From Phycisphaerae bacterium (lineage in GTDB: Bacteria > Planctomycetota > Phycisphaerae > UBA1845 > Fen-1342), in the NCBI GenBank assembly GCA_050115495.1, contig JASFQK010000023.1, positions 31,291 through 95,290 of the forward strand: 64,000 nucleotides of DNA, written 5' to 3'. The position numbers were made by a program, and so were the translations under genes. A model generated the notes under the pieces. That model made no database searches and was not told where the DNA came from. It saw nothing but the letters and a program-made list of their open reading frames with translations. This document shows, one piece after another, positions 61,691-64,000 of this stretch. Each line of letters opens with the position of its first letter. Position 1 is the first letter of the stretch.

Positions 61691-62003
61691 GGTTACGTCC
61701 TCTCTGTGCTGGATGACTGCCGCAAGGTCCGGTGCCCGATACGGAGGATGATAGGGCCGGCCGCTCTGTCGGGCAAACCGCGGTTGGCGCGGGCGGACGT
61801 TGTCGGAAATTGTAACATTCTAGGCAGGCGGGCTTTGCGCCGGCGAGCCCGGCTCGGTTGGCACGCTCGCTGGGCGTGTGTAGACTACGAATACGTGGAA
61901 CTGCCAATCGCCGGGGCTCCCGGCGGGGACGGAGTCTGGCCCGCTCGGCGGGTGAATCGTGGCGGCCGCGGCGGCTGAAGGGGTTTGTGCAAGGAGCGAC
62001 GCG

Positions 62004-63452
62004 ATGCGCATGTGGCAGCGATTGATCCTGGCCGGCGTACTGGCCATGGGGATGGGGTTGTGCTGGGCCCAGGACGTGGGCGAAGAGGCCCCGGATTTCC
62101 GTTGGCGTGACGGTGATCAGGAAGGCGGCCGTGACGGTAACACGTCGGAGTCGATGCTGGAGCGACATGCGAACCGCATCGTCGTCCTCTACTTCTACCG
62201 CAGCATCGATCTTGGCTCGGTGGAGTTCCTGACGAAGATCAAGGAGCTGCACGAGACCTACTACAAGCGCGGCGTCGTCTTCATCACGCTGACGGACGAG
62301 AAGAAGGAGAAGGCCGAGGCCACGCTGAAGGGCAAGGAGCTGGAACTCGGCTGGTTTGCGAATATCAACCCGGAGCGGCCCTATCGCTTCCCCGCGCCGG
62401 GCTACGCGTACATCATCGACCCGCACGGCCGCATCGCCTACGCCCGTTTCAACGCCGAGGATGACCTCGAGGGGAAGATCAAGGAGCTGATCGAGAAGGA
62501 TCCGCCGCCCGGCTCCGACCCGGAGAGCATGCAGAAGCGCTTCGCCCAGTTGGCCCAGTTCCTGGCGTCCAAGGAGTACGGGCGGGCGTGGACGCTGGCC
62601 AAGGAGATGGAGAGCTGGCTGGACAAGGACGACACCTCGGCCAATCAGCAGGTGAAGACCCTGCTGGAGCAGATCGAGGAAGGCGCCAAGGAGCTGTTGC
62701 AGGAGGCCCGCGACGACGCTGAGGCGAAGCGGTACGACGCGGCGTGCAGCAAGCTCGCCGAGATCAGCGTGCGCATGCTCGGCTCGGACGTGAAGGAGGA
62801 CGCCGATCGCGAATTGGGCCGGTTGCAGGGCGACAACTACACGAAGGAGATCGTGCGGAAGGCCCTGGACAACGCCAATGGCGAGAAACGCAATGACGAC
62901 GCCGCCGACCTCGCCGCTTCCGGCCGTTTCCTCGAGGCTCGCCAGATGTACCGCGAGATCACCGAGGAATACGCCGATACCGAGGCCGCCAAGGCGGCCA
63001 ACGAGGCGTTGGACCGGATCAACAACGACCCGACCGTGCAGACGCAGATTCGCCAGATGCAGGCGTCGGAGCAGGCCGCCCGCTGGTACGACCTGGCCGA
63101 GCGCTTCGCCCGCGTGGGGATGTACGACCTGGCCCGCGAGCGCCTCGATGAGATCATCAAGAAACACGCTGGCACCAGCTTCGCGGAGAAGGCCCGCCAG
63201 CGGCTGAGTGAGCTTACCAAGGAAGAGAAGGACGCCGCCAAGGAGGCCAAGCGTCGCGCCGCCGGCGACGAGCAGCGCGCCAAGGACGCCGCCGCTTGGG
63301 CCAAGGAGCGTGCGAAGGAGCGCGAAGAGAACGCCAAGAACCCGCCCAAGCCGGCCGGCAAACCGACCGCCGAGCCGAAGAAGCCGGACAAGCCCGACCA
63401 GCCCAAGGAGCCCTCGGGCGGCGGTGGCGGGCGCCCGCGCGGCGGCGGCTAA
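62004..63452 (+). CDS. Secreted redoxin/TlpA-like-fold protein lacking CxxC, with TPR-like helical repeats and charged tail
   Basis: AAGGAG RBS; signal peptide; VGEEAPDF...IVVLYFY...YIIDPHGRIAY. Confidence 0.75.
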   Translation: MRMWQRLILAGVLAMGMGLCWAQDVGEEAPDFRWRDGDQEGGRDGNTSESMLERHANRIVVLYFYRSIDLGSVEFLTKIKELHETYYKRGVVFITLTDEKKEKAEATLKGKELELGWFANINPERPYRFPAPGYAYIIDPHGRIAYARFNAEDDLEGKIKELIEKDPPPGSDPESMQKRFAQLAQFLASKEYGRAWTLAKEMESWLDKDDTSANQQVKTLLEQIEEGAKELLQEARDDAEAKRYDAACSKLAEISVRMLGSDVKEDADRELGRLQGDNYTKEIVRKALDNANGEKRNDDAADLAASGRFLEARQMYREITEEYADTEAAKAANEALDRINNDPTVQTQIRQMQASEQAARWYDLAERFARVGMYDLARERLDEIIKKHAGTSFAEKARQRLSELTKEEKDAAKEAKRRAAGDEQRAKDAAAWAKERAKEREENAKNPPKPAGKPTAEPKKPDKPDQPKEPSGGGGGRPRGGG

Positions 63453-63647
63453 GCCAGTCGAACTTGTGTGATCCCCTCAACGCCGGGTGAGACAATCCTC
63501 AACACTGGGTGGGGCGGGTGTTCCGCAGCTCTGGGTGGGTAGGGCGTTCCGCCCAACGCGGCCGTGGCTTCAAGGCGGCGGCGGGGGGCCTGTCTGAGAC
63601 CGGGACGCCGCGCCGCCTTTGGATCCGTGTATCAGGATGGACTGGGT

Positions 63648-64000
63648 TCAGTCGGCCAGGGCCGCCGCGACGGCCGCCCAGAACGCGCCTTCCTCGCTGT
63701 CGCCGTAGTACTCGGCGAGTTCCGTCGCCGCTTCTATGACGAAGCTTAGTTCACCCGCGGAGAGGGACCCTTCGAACATCGCGGCGACGGCCGCCGGCGT
63801 GGTGGCTCCACCGCCGGCGCGCTCCTCCGAATCGCCCGGCGGCGCGCAATCAGGATGCTCCCAGTTCGGGTGTGCGGCGTACCAAGCCGCAGGGTCCGAC
63901 ACCTTCTGTATGAATGGGGCGATGTCGAAGTTGTTGACATAGCCATCGCAGTTCATGTCCGCGTGGTAGAGGGCAGAGCCGCGCAGGCCGGGATAGGCAA
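63648..64000 (-). CDS. C-terminal part of a dockerin-like-module protein, truncated by the window edge
   Basis: ...YPGLRGSALYHADMNCDGYVNNFDIAPFIQKVSDPAAW... plus an acidic helical tail. Confidence 0.8.
   Translation of the reverse strand, partial: AYPGLRGSALYHADMNCDGYVNNFDIAPFIQKVSDPAAWYAAHPNWEHPDCAPPGDSEERAGGGATTPAAVAAMFEGSLSAGELSFVIEAATELAEYYGDSEEGAFWAAVAAALAD

Noticed and set aside
63504..63553. Degenerate direct repeat CTGGGTGGG...GTTCCGC
   Set aside because: Only two poor copies; probably decayed REP-like sequence

Overview
High-GC bacterial chromosomal window, by inference a Planctomycetota (probably Phycisphaerae) genome, given the C-terminal dockerin-like tags and a planctomycete-type GspG-like C-terminal motif. 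Bases 1-24.3 kb form one surface-polysaccharide locus: a FemAB-like GNAT, a BY-kinase, a Wzc-like co-polymerase, Wza, an ExeA-like ATPase, rfbA/rfbB, a cupin, a DegT aminotransferase, a sugar N-formyltransferase, a methyltransferase, Wzm/Wzt, seven glycosyltransferases and a priming transferase. The rest holds housekeeping and accessory genes, including fpr, glgP, a cysteine synthase, yggX, dnaG-rpoD, an acyl-CoA dehydrogenase, yjbQ, ltaE, an ECF sigma pair, C25 and C45 peptidases and four proteins with a dockerin-like C-terminal module. Four features are absent from the ORF track: (1) a 75-aa Rdx/SelW-like selenoprotein with CxxU and a SECIS-like hairpin (61463-61690, minus); (2) a 37-aa (VAKKK)5 histone-like peptide (29060-29173, minus); (3) a nested-stem RNA of about 180 nt behind a near-consensus sigma70 promoter (about 53735-53916); (4) a recurrent sigma28-like promoter motif upstream of most polysaccharide operons. 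I saw no CRISPR array, rRNA, tRNA or transposase. All family calls come from motif recognition by eye, not from database searches.
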